DNA of 64,000 bases from Candidatus Sulfomarinibacteraceae bacterium (GCA_963823345.1 CAWGLE010000004.1:385166-449165); one strand, 5' to 3'; counted from the stretch's first letter, positions 18,348-29,716 are shown. The notes: generated by a model from the letters alone, not told the origin. Numbers and translations are program-made.

Positions 18348-20724
18348 ATGGTGTTCGGCGTGAGCTGGGTGAAGCGGTGCGCCCCGTGGTTGCTGCTGGT
18401 TGTGGTGTCGTCGACCGCCCATCTGTGGAGCCTCGGCGAGCGCTCGTTCCACCACGACGAGTCCATCCACGGTCACGCCGCGTACCTGCTGGTGACCAAC
18501 GGCACCTACCATTACGACCCCACCTATCACGGGCCCCTGCTCTACTACCTCGTGGCATCGACCTTCGCGATCGCCGGCGACTCGGATTTCACCGCACGGC
18601 TGCCGATCGCCCTCGCCGGTGTGGCGATCATCGCGGTGGCATGGGCATCGCGGCGAATTCTCGGAGCCCGTCCGGCGTGGTGGACCGCGCTGCTGGCCAC
18701 GATCTCGCCGATCTGGCTCTACTACGGGCGCTTCCTCCGCATGGACATTCTCGAGGCCCTGGTGGCCTCGTGCGCCTTCGTCGCCGTGTGGCGGGCGGTC
18801 CACGGGAGCCGCCGCGCCTGGGTGTGGATCGGGGTGTGGACCGGCCTCGCCTTCGCCACCAAGGAAAACGCCTTCGTCACCGCCGCCCTGGTGGGCGGGG
18901 TCGCGGTCGGGTTGCTGGTGTCGAAGGGCGTGGGACAGGCGTGGCGGCTGACGCTCGACTGGATTGTCCGCCACCGCTGGGGAATCGTCGCGTCGATCGC
19001 CGCCGCGGTGCTGGTGACGGTCCCGCTCTTCACCGTCGGCTTCCGCCACAACAGCGACTGGTTCTTCCCCTACAAGGCGATTTCCTACTGGTGGGGCCAG
19101 CACACCGTCCAGCGGGTGGCGGGGCCGCCGTGGTACCACCTGCCGCGGCTGGCGCTTTATGAGTTCCTGCCGATCATCGCCGGGCTGACCTGGGCGATCC
19201 GCCGCGGCCGCCGCATGGGGGTCCTGGAGCGGTCGCTGGCGGCCTTCGCCGTGGCCTCGGTGGCGATGTACGCCTACCTCGGCGAGAAGGTCCCGTGGCT
19301 CGGCGTGCACCAGGTGTGGGCCTTTCTGCCGCTGGCCGGGTTCCAGCTCGCGCGGACCTTCGGCCCCCACGGCGTGTGGTGGAGCCGGACCCTCGCCGCG
19401 ATCGGTCTGGCGGCGACCCTCCTCACGTCCTTCGTAGCCAACTTCGTTCTCGACGAGATCACGCCCAACCGCGATCGGGTCGAGGCGCTGATCTACGTCC
19501 AGACCTGCCCCGAACTGCTGCCGCCGGTCGCCGAGGGGTATGAGCTGGCGGCCGCCGGCGAGGATCCGGTGGCGGCGGTGGGCGGCGAGGTGGCGTGGCC
19601 CTACACCTGGTACTGGCGCGACACTCCGACCTGGTGGGCTGAGCCGGAACGCGGCATGCGGCCGCCGCTCGTCTTCTGCGACACCGAGCGCGAGCGCGAG
19701 GTCCGCCGGATTCTCGGGTCGGGCTACACCGCCGAGACGGGTGCCGCTGCGCGCGTGGTGGGTGATGGAGGACAAGAAACCGAGCCTCGGCGAGATCGTC
19801 CGCTACGTGTTCACCCGCCGTCCGTGGGGCATCATCGGCACGACCGACACGATTCTCCTGCGCGACACCGGCGAGGCGGTCACGAGCCTGCGCGAGGCGC
19901 CGGTCCCGCCCCCCCTGGCAGCGGCGCTCGGCGCCGAATCCGCCGCGGTCATCGGTGAGGACTGGTTGATGGAGCCGCGCGGTCTCTCGGTGGCGCGTGA
20001 CGGCGTGTTGGCGGTGGCCGATGCGGCGGGCGGCGATGTCGGCTTCTTCGCAGCGGATGGTACGGTGCTCGAACAGCGCATCCCGGAGGCGATGAACCAG
20101 CCCGAAAGCCTGGCCTGGACGCCGGACGGTGTGTTGGTGGTGGCCGACACCTGGAACCACCGGGTGCTGCTCTTCAACCCGGCGTCGGGCGCCGCACGGC
20201 CGCTGCCCGCGCCGGAGGACGGCTGGTACGGACCGCGTTCGGTGGCGGTGGCGCCGGACGGCACCGTGGCGGTCGCCGACACCGGCCACAAACGGGTAGC
20301 GCTGATCTCGTTCTCGGGCGGCGAACCGACGGTGGCGACGATCGGGCGCGAGGGATCGGCCCCCGGCGAGTTTGTCGAACCGGTGGGTCTGACCTGGCTT
20401 GACAATCGACGCCTCCTGGTCTGCGACACCGGCAACCACCGGTTGCAGGTGGTCGACCGGGAGGGACGCCCGCTGGCAACCGTGGCCCTGCCCGACGCCT
20501 GGGCCGACTTCTACTCGCGGCCGCAGGTGGTCGCGCTCGACGGCGAACGCTGGCTGGTGACCGACGTGCCGGCGCAGTCGTTGTGGCTGGTCGAAGATGG
20601 CAGCGTGCGCACAATCGACCTCGCGGCGGACGGCATCACCCCGGCGGGGCTCGCCTTCGCCGACGGGACCCTGTATGTGTCCGATCTCGACGGCGGCATC
20701 TGGGCGATCGGGCTTCCCCGGTGA
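18348..20724 (+). CDS. GT39/PMT_2-like (TIGR03663-like) polytopic membrane glycosyltransferase fused to NHL-repeat beta-propeller; apparent 1-nt insertion near 19739-19741
   Basis: Frame A: ...HLWSLGERSFHHDESIHGHAAYLLVTNGTYHYDPTYHGPLLYYL... with many TM segments. From about 19740 the coding signal moves to frame +1: VPLRAWWVMEDKKPSLGEIVRYVF..., then repeated ...VADTWNHRVLLF..., ...VADTGHKRVALI..., ...VCDTGNHRLQVV... (NHL). Dropping one G of ACGGGTG joins the two. Alternatively these are two genes, with the second starting at ATG 19768. Confidence 0.6.
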
Positions 20725-20756
20725 CCGGATCTCGACCGGACGGGATAAACATCGAG

Positions 20757-20816
20757 TGTCAAAGGATTTTTAACGTTGCCTCGAACACCTTGACGGCATC
20801 GGGGGGGGGCCACATG
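20757..20816 (+). promoter_or_regulatory. Candidate promoter block of pilus-tip cluster 1
   Basis: TGTCAAAGG (20757), N24, TTGACGG (20790), N13, CCACATG (20810). The same block with the same first spacing precedes cluster 2 (31123, 31156, 31177). Confidence 0.45.
20801..20809 (+). repeat. G9 homopolymer inside the putative -35/-10 spacer of cluster 1
   Basis: GGGGGGGGG read directly. The equivalent position in cluster 2 is a mixed sequence. Confidence 0.8.
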
Positions 20817-21458
20817 CTAGGAATGATGAAGTGTTCAACGAATGAACCGATGGTCGTGCACGGTGGTTCCGGAAGCCAACGTGGATTCAGTCTCGTCGAG
20901 ATGATGGTGGTGGTGGCCATGATCGCCCTCATCCTCGGCGTGGCCCTTCCCAACCTGTGGCGTGCCGCCGTGCGCGCCGACATGACGAGCCAGGTGGCGA
21001 TGATCCAGCAGTCGATCGGCGTGTCGCGCATTTACGCCATCAAGAACAGCAGCCAGGTGGCTCTCCAATTGCTCCCCGACGATACTCCGATCGCCAAGTA
21101 TGCCATCCACGCATGGGTCGATGCCAACGGCAACGGCGCCTTGGACTCCGGGGAAGAACGGGTGGGACAATGGCCGATGACCGGCGAGATCACGATCGGC
21201 CCCGAGGCTGGCAACTCGAGCCACACCCTGCATCCGCTGGACGGCGATGCCCTGGGCGTGGTGTTCTTCGCCAACGGCACGGCCGTCGTGCACGACAACC
21301 AGGTCGGCACCGGGCAGGGGGCAGTGGTGCTCCAGGACACCTATGAGAACAAGCTGCGGATCGTCATCCAGGGCGGATCGGGGTCGGTTTATTCCGAGAT
21401 GTGGGACTACGAAGAGGAAGCCTGGATCGCCAATCCGAAGAATCTCTGGAGGTACTGA
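20814..21458 (+). CDS. FimT/GspH-like minor (pseudo)pilin, copy 1
   Basis: Prepilin-type N-terminus ...GSQRGFSLVEMMVVVAMIALILGVALPNL, followed by a GspH-like region. The start is ATG 20814 or 20823/20826. The track ORF start at 20583 overlaps the NHL gene and was rejected. Confidence 0.75.
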   Translation: MLGMMKCSTNEPMVVHGGSGSQRGFSLVEMMVVVAMIALILGVALPNLWRAAVRADMTSQVAMIQQSIGVSRIYAIKNSSQVALQLLPDDTPIAKYAIHAWVDANGNGALDSGEERVGQWPMTGEITIGPEAGNSSHTLHPLDGDALGVVFFANGTAVVHDNQVGTGQGAVVLQDTYENKLRIVIQGGSGSVYSEMWDYEEEAWIANPKNLWRY

Positions 21459-21919
21459 TGGCAGGCAGCGATACACCGTCGGCAAGGAACTCGGCCGGCT
21501 TTACCCTGATTGAGATCCTGGTGGCCCTGGTCATTCTCTCCTTTGTCGCCCTCGGCATCGCCGGTCTGTTCACCCACGCCGTCAAGACCAACGCATCGGG
21601 CCACGACTACGCCCTCCTCGCCACCGAGGCCCGGTTCGCGCTGGAGACCCTGCAGGCGCTGCCGTTCGACCACGCCGATCTCACGATGGCCGGGTCGCCC
21701 CACACGATGGCCCCGGTCAACCCCAACTTCACCATCACCTACACGATTGTCGACTACGACATCGACAACTGGCAGCAGGCCTCAGCCGGCTCGTGGACGC
21801 AGGCGGCGACGACCACCGACGCCAACGTCAAGCGGATCTCGATGACGGTGGCGTCCACCAACCAGGTCCTCGATGGACGGCGCGTCTTCACCGTCTCGAG
21901 CCTCAAGATTCCGGGGTAA
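21458..21919 (+). CDS. pilV: PilV-like minor pilin (only in cluster 1)
   Basis: TGATG overlap with the previous stop. MAGSDTPSARNSAGFTLIEILVALVILSFVALGIAGLF. Confidence 0.7.
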   Translation: MAGSDTPSARNSAGFTLIEILVALVILSFVALGIAGLFTHAVKTNASGHDYALLATEARFALETLQALPFDHADLTMAGSPHTMAPVNPNFTITYTIVDYDIDNWQQASAGSWTQAATTTDANVKRISMTVASTNQVLDGRRVFTVSSLKIPG

Positions 21920-21923
21920 GGTC

Positions 21924-22995
21924 ATGCGCAGAACTCAACGCGGTTTCACCCTGATCGAGCTCCTGGTCGCATCGGCCGTGTTCGCGATCTTCATGATCGG
22001 CATCCTCAACCTCCTCGACTCCTCGACCAAGGTCGCGAAGATCGAGTCCTCGCTCGCCGACACCCAGGAAAACGTCCGCTTCGCCGCCTACCACATCATG
22101 CGGACCGCCCGGATGATGGGCGGCGCGACCATGCCGGTCGCGGCCGATCCGTGGCCGGCACCGATCAGTGGGTGTCCGGAGAGCTCATCTCCAACGCCTC
22201 CGGCACGGTCCAGATACCGGGTTTCGGCGGGGTGACGGTGATGCCGGGCTCGGACGTCTTGACCCTGCGCGGCTTTTTCGAGATCTCGCCCTTCTTCACC
22301 AACCCCACGAGCGTCATCGTCGACTCGGACACGGTTACGATCGCCCAATTCAAAGGGATGAAGCGTTCGACCCCGCCGAAGACCTCATCAACAACATCAC
22401 GAGCTTCACGCCCGCCGCCCTCGAGGGCCGCGGCATCGTCTTCATGGGTGAAGGCAGCTATTGCGTCGGCAGGGTCGATTCCGGCGCACAGTATTTCGAT
22501 GCCGGCACGGCGACGAGCAGGATTCACATCCACCACATGGAGGACACCTCGTTCTGGGGCACCCTGAACACGGACTGGACCTACCCACCGGGCTTCCAGG
22601 TCTACCGGGTCGGCATTCTCGAGTCCTACACCTACTTCGTGAGCCCCGACAACGTCCTGCGGCGGGTGCGGATCTCCGGGGGCAGCCCGGAGGCCGAGCC
22701 GGTGGCGATCAACATCGGCGGCCTGCAGGTGGCGTTCGGGTTCGACGCCGATGCGAACGGCGCCATCGAGGGCGCCGAGTGGATCGAAAACCCCGCCGGG
22801 CCGACCGCGCTGGTCGGCCTCGAGGACCTCACCCTGCGGCTCGCCGTCCTCGGACGGACGGACGTCACGGTGCCCGATTGGATCGAACCCGAGTCCACCT
22901 TCACGGTCTTCGACGGCGACGCGCAGAACAAGGACAGGACCGCCAAGTGGCGTCGCGTCGACGTCGAGGTCAACCTGCGCAACTACAAGTTCTGA
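21924..22995 (+). pseudogene. pilW: PilW-like minor pilin, copy 1, with two frame changes (about 22149 and 22347)
   Basis: [34 protein letters not shown].... It continues in a second frame (GTDQWVSGELISNASG...RGFFEISPFF...) and a third (FDPAEDL...LEGRGIVFMGEG...WRRVDVEVNLRNYKF). It is colinear with the intact paralog at 31854-32945. Both shifts fit one missing base in a C or G run. Confidence 0.7.
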
Positions 22996-23002
22996 GGGAG
23001 CG

Positions 23003-23537
23003 ATGATGCAACCGAACACCCTGCCGATCACAGGATGCCGCCGGAAAAGTCTCCGGCGAGCGCGGCGCGGCGCTGATTCTGGCCCTGATGGTGTCGCTGG
23101 TGCTGGTCTTTCTCGGCCTCGGCGTGCTGTTGCAGACCTCGCTCGGGCTGCAGGCCTCGGGCACCGACCGCTGGGTGACCAAGGCGCTGTACGCCGCCGA
23201 CGCCGGCGCCATGATGCAGATCAGCATGATCCAGGGGGGCGTGTTGGGCTCGACCGGCTCGTTCGTCCTGGTCGACGACCCGAACCTCGGCGGCCTGCTC
23301 AAGACCGAGTTCACCGTCACCGTCGACCGATTCTGCACCACCGAGCCCGACCAGCCGGTGCAGGGGTACGAGGCGGGCGACGAGGAAGGCTACAGCCGGC
23401 GCTTCTTCCACCTGCGCTCGCAGGCGGTGCGCAACGTCGGTGATCTCGCGGGTCTGACCCAGGCGGCGGTCGAGGCGGACGTCGCGTCCCAGCCTTTCAA
23501 GAACGATCAGTTCGTCCCTGTGGTCCAGTGCTACTGA
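23003..23537 (+). pseudogene. pilX: PilX-like protein, copy 1, with a frame change near 23036
   Basis: ATG 23003 (MMQPNTLPITG) is in a different frame from the conserved body ...[54 protein letters not shown].... There is no in-frame start for the body. Confidence 0.6.
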
Positions 23538-23557
23538 TGCGGAGCGGGAGAACAGCT

Positions 23558-25559
23558 ATGAGACACCAGCGATTGATCACTGCGGCGGCCCTGGTCGCGG
23601 CCCTCGCGACGGCCGGGTCGATGACGGCGGACGACCGCAACTTCATGACCGCGGCGGCGGCGCCGCCCAACCTGATCTTCATCCTCGACACGTCGAGCTC
23701 GATGGTGCTCAGCCCGGAGGTGACGACCGAAGGTGACCCGCCGGTCCCGGCGGCCCTCGAGGGCGCTCTCCTGTCATCGGGCAACGTACCGGGGGCGGGG
23801 GACGACCCCTACTCGCGGATGGGGATCGCGAAGAGGGTGCTCAAGGACTTCCTCGACGACGTCGGCGTGGCCAACGTGGTCCTCGCCGGCTACGCCCAGG
23901 CGGAGCCCGCCGACGGCTCCAACGGCGTGCCGCTCAAGCACTGGGTGTACGAGGCCAGGGCGCAGGACCGCTTCCACATGCTGGAGGCGAGCTACGCCTA
24001 CCGTTTCGGCTATGCCGAGAACCACGCCGGCATCCTGCTCGACAACCCGGGCGAGATCTACAGCGCAGAAGATGATCGGCTACAAGCTCTACTTCGACCC
24101 GGCGACGACCGCGGTCACCGAACGCTTCGGTTATGTCAACGCCTACGACACCGGCTACACCGAAGACGCTGCCTGACGGCTCCACGGTGCGTCTGCCCTA
24201 CGATCTGATGCCGGTCTACTTCGGCAACTGCTTCATGGACGACGGGGGCACACCGGCGGACGACACCGACGACACGCCCCGCTGCTGGGACACCACGGGC
24301 GAACCCGCCACCACCATGGTCTTCCCGTTTTACGCCTCAGGTTCCTACGACATCGTGGACGGCCACATGGTGTCGGAACGGTGGTACTACGGCGACCCGG
24401 GATCCCTGACCTTCCCCGACTGCGAACCCTCGATCACGCCCACCGCCGACAACCCCGATGACGGCTGTCTGGCGGAGTGGGAGGAAGTCTCAGGCGCCAG
24501 CATTCTCCAGCACAAGCGCCGGGTCCACCTCGAGATCCCTGAGACCGTCAACAGCCAGCCCAACCACTTCCTCGCGGTCGACTCCGGGGGCAACCGGGTC
24601 GGCAACGCGGTGGAGAGCGACACCCCCGGCAACGAGAACTACGACGGGCTCGGCGGCGCCGACGCCGACTACGACGGCGACGACTCGAACGACTGGGTGC
24701 TGTATGTCGCCTCGGTCGAACAGCGGAACTACAAGACGCTGTGCGCCGCCGTCGGGTCGTCGCTTCCTGGACGCCGACCCCGACCAAGACCGAAGAGGAG
24801 TACTGCGGCGGGTTCACGATCCCGACGTTTTCCTCCCAATTGAACGCCAGCTACCTCTATACGATGTATGCGGACGTCACCAATCAGACCGGGTACACCG
24901 CGGAGCTCGTGTCGCAGCTGGTTCGACTGGGGTCAGGGCCACGCCGCGACGGACTACGTCAACTACCAGTGTTTCGGTGGTCTGTCGGGTTTCGCAAACG
25001 CTCCGGCGAACTGCTCGAGCACGCCCGCGTCGTACATGTACTGGAATGACGACACAGGCACCTCGGGCGCCGCCGACGGCCGGTATGCGCGGCCTCTGGA
25101 CACTGCCAAGGTCTTCCCCTGCACCCCGGGCAACTGCGACCGGTTTCCAACTCGCTCACCAATAACTCCACGAGGCGGTGGCTCGGCGTGCTCAACTCGT
25201 CGGCCACGACGTCCACAACGGCATCTACCAGGTGTGCTTCGGGTTCAATCTCGTAGGCGCGGCGCCGGACGGCAGCGACTACTCTGTGTCCCGACATCTG
25301 CGCCGTGACCACCGGCGGCAGCTCCGCGACCCCGACCAACACGCCGGTCGCGACCTCGACGCCGACCCGGACACCGACCCCCGGCGGGCCGACAGTCGAC
25401 GCCGACAGCACAACGACCCCGTCGGGTGGAGGAACGGCCACCCCCACACCGACCGTCGGGTTCGCGGCGACCTCGACGCCGACGCCGAGCAAGACCCCGA
25501 CCCCGCGTCCGCCGACACCGACGCAGACGCCGAGCCGCACCGCGACCCCGGTCGGTTGA
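23558..25559 (+). pseudogene. E1: secreted MIDAS (DxSxS) protein with a Thr/Pro-rich tail, about 7 frame changes
   Basis: MRHQRLITAAALVAALATAGSMTA..., ILDTSSSMV (23687-23701), [19 protein letters not shown]. Pieces in alternating frames are colinear with E2: QKMIGYKLYFDP, LPYDLMPVYFGNCF, NPDDGCLAEW, NHFLAVDSGG, DADYDGDDSNDWVL, VHNGIYQVCFGF. Ends ...TPTPSKTPTPRPPTPTQTPSRTATPVG. Confidence 0.6.
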
Positions 25560-25577
25560 TTGGAAGAGGAGACAGCC

Positions 25578-28500
25578 ATGATGAACACTGAATTACAGCA
25601 ACAAGCGACTCTCTCGATCGTCCGGTGGGGGTTGACCCGCTCGGAGGCTTTCTGCGCCTGGGGGCCGTCGGGCTCCTGTCCTCGTCGCGGCCGGGACGGT
25701 GCAGGCGGGCGTCTTCCCGGACCAGGCGGCGTTGACCCTTCAGATCTCCGACAACATCGATGACAGACGTCACCAACCCGTACGGCGGCACCTTTCCCTC
25801 GTGTGCGACGTGCCCGTACGTCCACTGGACGGACGGAGGCTCTGTCACCACGTGCATTCAGGATGCAATATGTGGCACGACCATCACCAGCGATGCCCGG
25901 GGGGCGTGGGGAGTCAACTATTTGCAGGGAATGGCGAGCGCCACGAACTGGTCGCTATCTCATTCCCAAGATCTCCCGGCCCTCCGACCCGGGTTTGTTG
26001 CAACCCAGTGGACCAACATCCAGATCGAGTACGATTTCGAGGTCGAGCAGCTCAGCAAGGACGGCATCATCTGGGCCGCCCAGGACGCGGACAACAACGC
26101 CTCCCCCGAGGCGGGGTACCTCTTCCGGATCCGGGGGTCGTCGCCGTTCAACTCGAGCCAGGACAATCACCCCAGCGCCGAGGCCTCCACGGTCGACCCC
26201 TCCTTGTATAGCCGAAACTGTTCAGCCTGGGATCGATCTGATGCAAGATCACCGGCGAGGACACCTACCAGCTGATCGGCACCAGCTTCATCAACTCGAA
26301 CTGTCCTGAATCCTTCCAATGCCGACCACCACCTACGATGTCGCCGACACCACCGACGTCAAGACCAAGTACATGCTTCGAAAACGTCCCGTTTCGGATG
26401 CGCCTCTCCTGGTTCTGCGGCAACCTGCGGGTTCAGATCGTCCGCATCGTCCACCCGACGACCGCGACCGAGGCCACCTACAAGGGCTGCGGCGCGGCGT
26501 GCGGATCCACCGGCTTCGACGAACATCGAGGACTGCTGGTGCACCGTGGTCGAGTGGTCGCCGTTGCCGCTCGAGACACCGCTCGGGCCGGGCGCGGCCG
26601 GCCTCTGGGTGAGTTCGGGGAGTACAACCAACTACATTTCCAACAAGTACGACAACTTCAAGTTCAGCTACTGGGACCCCAACTGCGGCCTGGTGTGCGG
26701 GCCGTGGGTCGGCTGGGGCAACGCCCGCACCGACCTCATCCCGTTCAAGTTCCTCTACGAGGGCTCGCTGCTTGACATCTCGGCCGGCCGCAACTTCGAC
26801 GTCGCGGCCGACCGCGGCAAGATCGACGTCAAGACCGAGGCGCCGGCGTCGGCCTCGTCCTACAACCACTCCGCCGACTCGAACCCCTACTGCAACGGCT
26901 GGAAACTGTACGAAGACCTGCCCGACCCGACCGATACGACCGGCAACGTCGATGACATCCTGGCCTTCCTCGAACCGATGTACAGCGCGGTCGACTTCGA
27001 GAGCAATGGTGGCAGCCCCCCCGCCTTTTCGTGGGTGGATACGGCCGCAGAGGTTGTCGAAGACAACCCGCATCCCGTGGTTGCCGACGGCTCGACCCCC
27101 ATCAACTCGTCGCTGCTCCAGGCCTTCGACTGGTACGTCGACAAGAAGACCAACTCCTCGTGGTCGTCGGACGCCTTCGACTCCTGCCGCCAGTGGTACG
27201 TGATCCTCATCACCGACGGTGAGGAGGCGTGCGAGCCCGGCAACCCCAACGCCGTCTGCGACACCGGCGGGGCGGCCGAGAAGTTCGCCAACCCGAGCGT
27301 GACCGGGGTTCCCCCGCTGCCGGTCTACACCATCGGTTTTTCGCAGTCGGTGGATGCGGACTCGCCGCTCAAGTGCATCGCCGACCAGACCGGCGGCTCC
27401 TTCATGACGGCGGAGAGCCAGGAGGAGCTCAAGAACGCCCTCTACGAGGTGTTCTACGACATCGAGGACCAGGCGCGGTCGTTCGCCCCCTTCAAGGTCG
27501 CGCCGCCGCCATCGAGCGCCGGCGGCAGCGCGACCCGCGACTACCTCGCGGTCTTCCCGCTGTTCCAGCCGCTCGAAGGCAAGAGCCTGTGGGCGGGCAA
27601 CCTCTGGGCCTTCCCGCTGAACAGCGGCCAGCCCGTCCTGCCGACGATCGGCGACTGCGAGGTGGACACCACGCAGATGGTGTGGAACGCCGCCGACGCC
27701 CTCCAGGCGCAGGTCGACGCCCACAGCGAGGCCGACCCGAAGCGGTTCGTCTACATGGGCAGCGATCTCAGCGGGTCGTGGCAGCGTTATGACCTGGCGA
27801 CCATGCCCGATGACACCGACCTGCAGACCGAGTTCCGATCGAAGCTCAGCCTGCCCGCCGGAATCACCGATCTCGACGAGCAGAAGGTGATCGCGCAACA
27901 GATCGTGAACTTCCTCCGCCTGGCCTACATGGACAACGATTTCGACGGCTCGAACGCGGGCCCACCGCTCGATCCGCGTCCGGACGGCTACCCGGTGCTG
28001 GGCGAGTTCTTCCACTCGCAGCCGGTGGTCGTCAACCCGCCCAACAACCTGCAGTACTTCTACGACTGGGGGTTCGGCGCCTCGGGCGAGGTCGGGGTCC
28101 ACAACTACGGTGATTTCATCACCCGCCAGGCGAAACGGCGGCGGTTGGTGCTCGCCGGTTCGAACGACGGCATGCTGCACGCCTTCGACGGCGGGTTCTG
28201 GGACCGCGAGCGATCGACGGTCGGGGAGACCTACGACGAGATCCACGACCTCGGCAACGGCACCGAGCTCTTCGCCTGGGTGCCGCAGGCGGTGATGCCG
28301 ACCCTCTACGACATCACCTCCGGCGGGTCCCTCGATCATGCACTTACCCAAGTATCTGGTCGACGGGCCCATCACCAAGGGCGACGCCTTTATCGACCAC
28401 GACCGTGAAAGCGGCACCCCTCGCGAGTGGCGCACGCTGGCCCTGGTCTCCATGCGGCGCGGCGGCCGCGGCATCGCCGCCCTCGATATCACCCAGGCCG

Positions 28501-29714
28501 ACCCCACCAGCGGCTCCGACTACATCCCGACGGATTCGGTCTTCCCCGGCTGCCGGGTCGGCAGCACGTCCGGTTGCGACGGCGAGTTCCCCAAGGTCCT
28601 GTGGGAGCTGGCCGACACCGGCGACAGCGACTCCAACGGGAAGCCCGACCTCGGCTGGACCTGGTCCAAACCGGCGATCGCCCGGATCGCGGTGTACAAC
28701 TCCTCCGATCCGCAGCAGCCGGACGACCTCTTCGTGGCCTTCTTCGGCGGCGGCTGGGACCAGAACGAGGCCGACGAAACCGGCACCTTCCTCTACTGCG
28801 TCGACCTCGCGACCGGGACGGTGCTGTTCAGGGAAAAGGTGCTGTTCGCGGAAAACGTCCCCGTGGATGTGCCCGGCGGGGTGACCGCTCTCGACTCCGA
28901 CATCGACGGTTTCCACGACCGCATCTACTTCGCCGACTCCTACGGCGGCGTGTGGCGCCTGCAATATCCGGCGCCGACCAGCTCGAGCGCCACCGGCGCC
29001 ACCGCCGGCACGTTCACCAAGATCTTCGCCTTCAACGCCGGCTCGCCGAGCTTCCCCGACCGCCAGGAGTTCTTCACCCGTCCGGTGCCGGTGCCGGCGC
29101 GGTTCAACGGCTCGAACTACACCTGGGGTCTCGCCCTCGGCAGCGGCGATCGCGCCAATCTCGAGCGTGAGGACTCCGGCTTCGACCACTTCTACTTCCT
29201 GATCGACGCCGAGGACGGAGACACGCGCGGCATCTCGGACCTCGTCGAAATCGACTACACCGAGCTCAACGGCGGCTTCGACTGCTCGGGCCTCACCGAC
29301 CAACCGCTCGATCCCCCCAAGTACGGGTGGTACCTGAGCCTGCGGGAGAACGAAAAGGTCATGTTCGACGCCTCGGTGCTCGATGGCTACATCTTCTTCC
29401 CCACCTTCGATCCCAGCACCGCGACCGCGACCAACCCGCCGAACACCTGTGAGACGGCGAGCGGCCCCGAAACCCGGGGCGACCGGGCCGTCGAGTGCCG
29501 GGCGGCGGGCATCGGCCGCACCTACAGGTTGTGGTACGAGTGCGGCCTCGGTGAGTACACGGAGCACAATGATATTATTACGGGGCAGGAGGTTGTCGAC
29601 ATCGACGGTGAATCCTCGGTGTGGTCGGCGACCTCGGATCCGACGACCGTTCCTCACAAAGACCCGGTACTGTTGAATCGGCAGCACACGGTGACGAACT
29701 GGCGACAGGAGTGA
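25578..29714 (+). pseudogene. pilY1: F1: PilY1-like tip adhesin, copy 1, about 9 frame changes (8 within 25.6-26.55 kb, one near 28326)
   Basis: SD GAAGAGGAG precedes ATG 25578. Long intact stretches 26546-28330 and 28338-29714 contain ITDGEEAC, VYTIGFS, LGEFFHSQPVVVNPP, LAGSNDGMLHAFDGG, ALDITQADP and the DSDIDGFHD Ca-loop (28893-28919). It is colinear with F2. Confidence 0.7.
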
Positions 29715-29716
29715 AC

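Noticed and set aside
20583-20813. Upstream extension of the fimT-1 ORF to 20583
   Set aside because: It overlaps the 3' end of the NHL gene in another frame and crosses the conserved promoter-like block. The paralog supports a start just before the prepilin motif.
20814-23537. Interpretation of the prepilin-like genes as type II secretion pseudopilins (GspH-I-J-K)
   Set aside because: The fourth gene has a PilX-type N-terminus rather than GspK, and the clusters include PilY1-type propeller proteins. No GspD/E/F/G genes are present. A T4P tip module fits better, although profile searches should confirm this.
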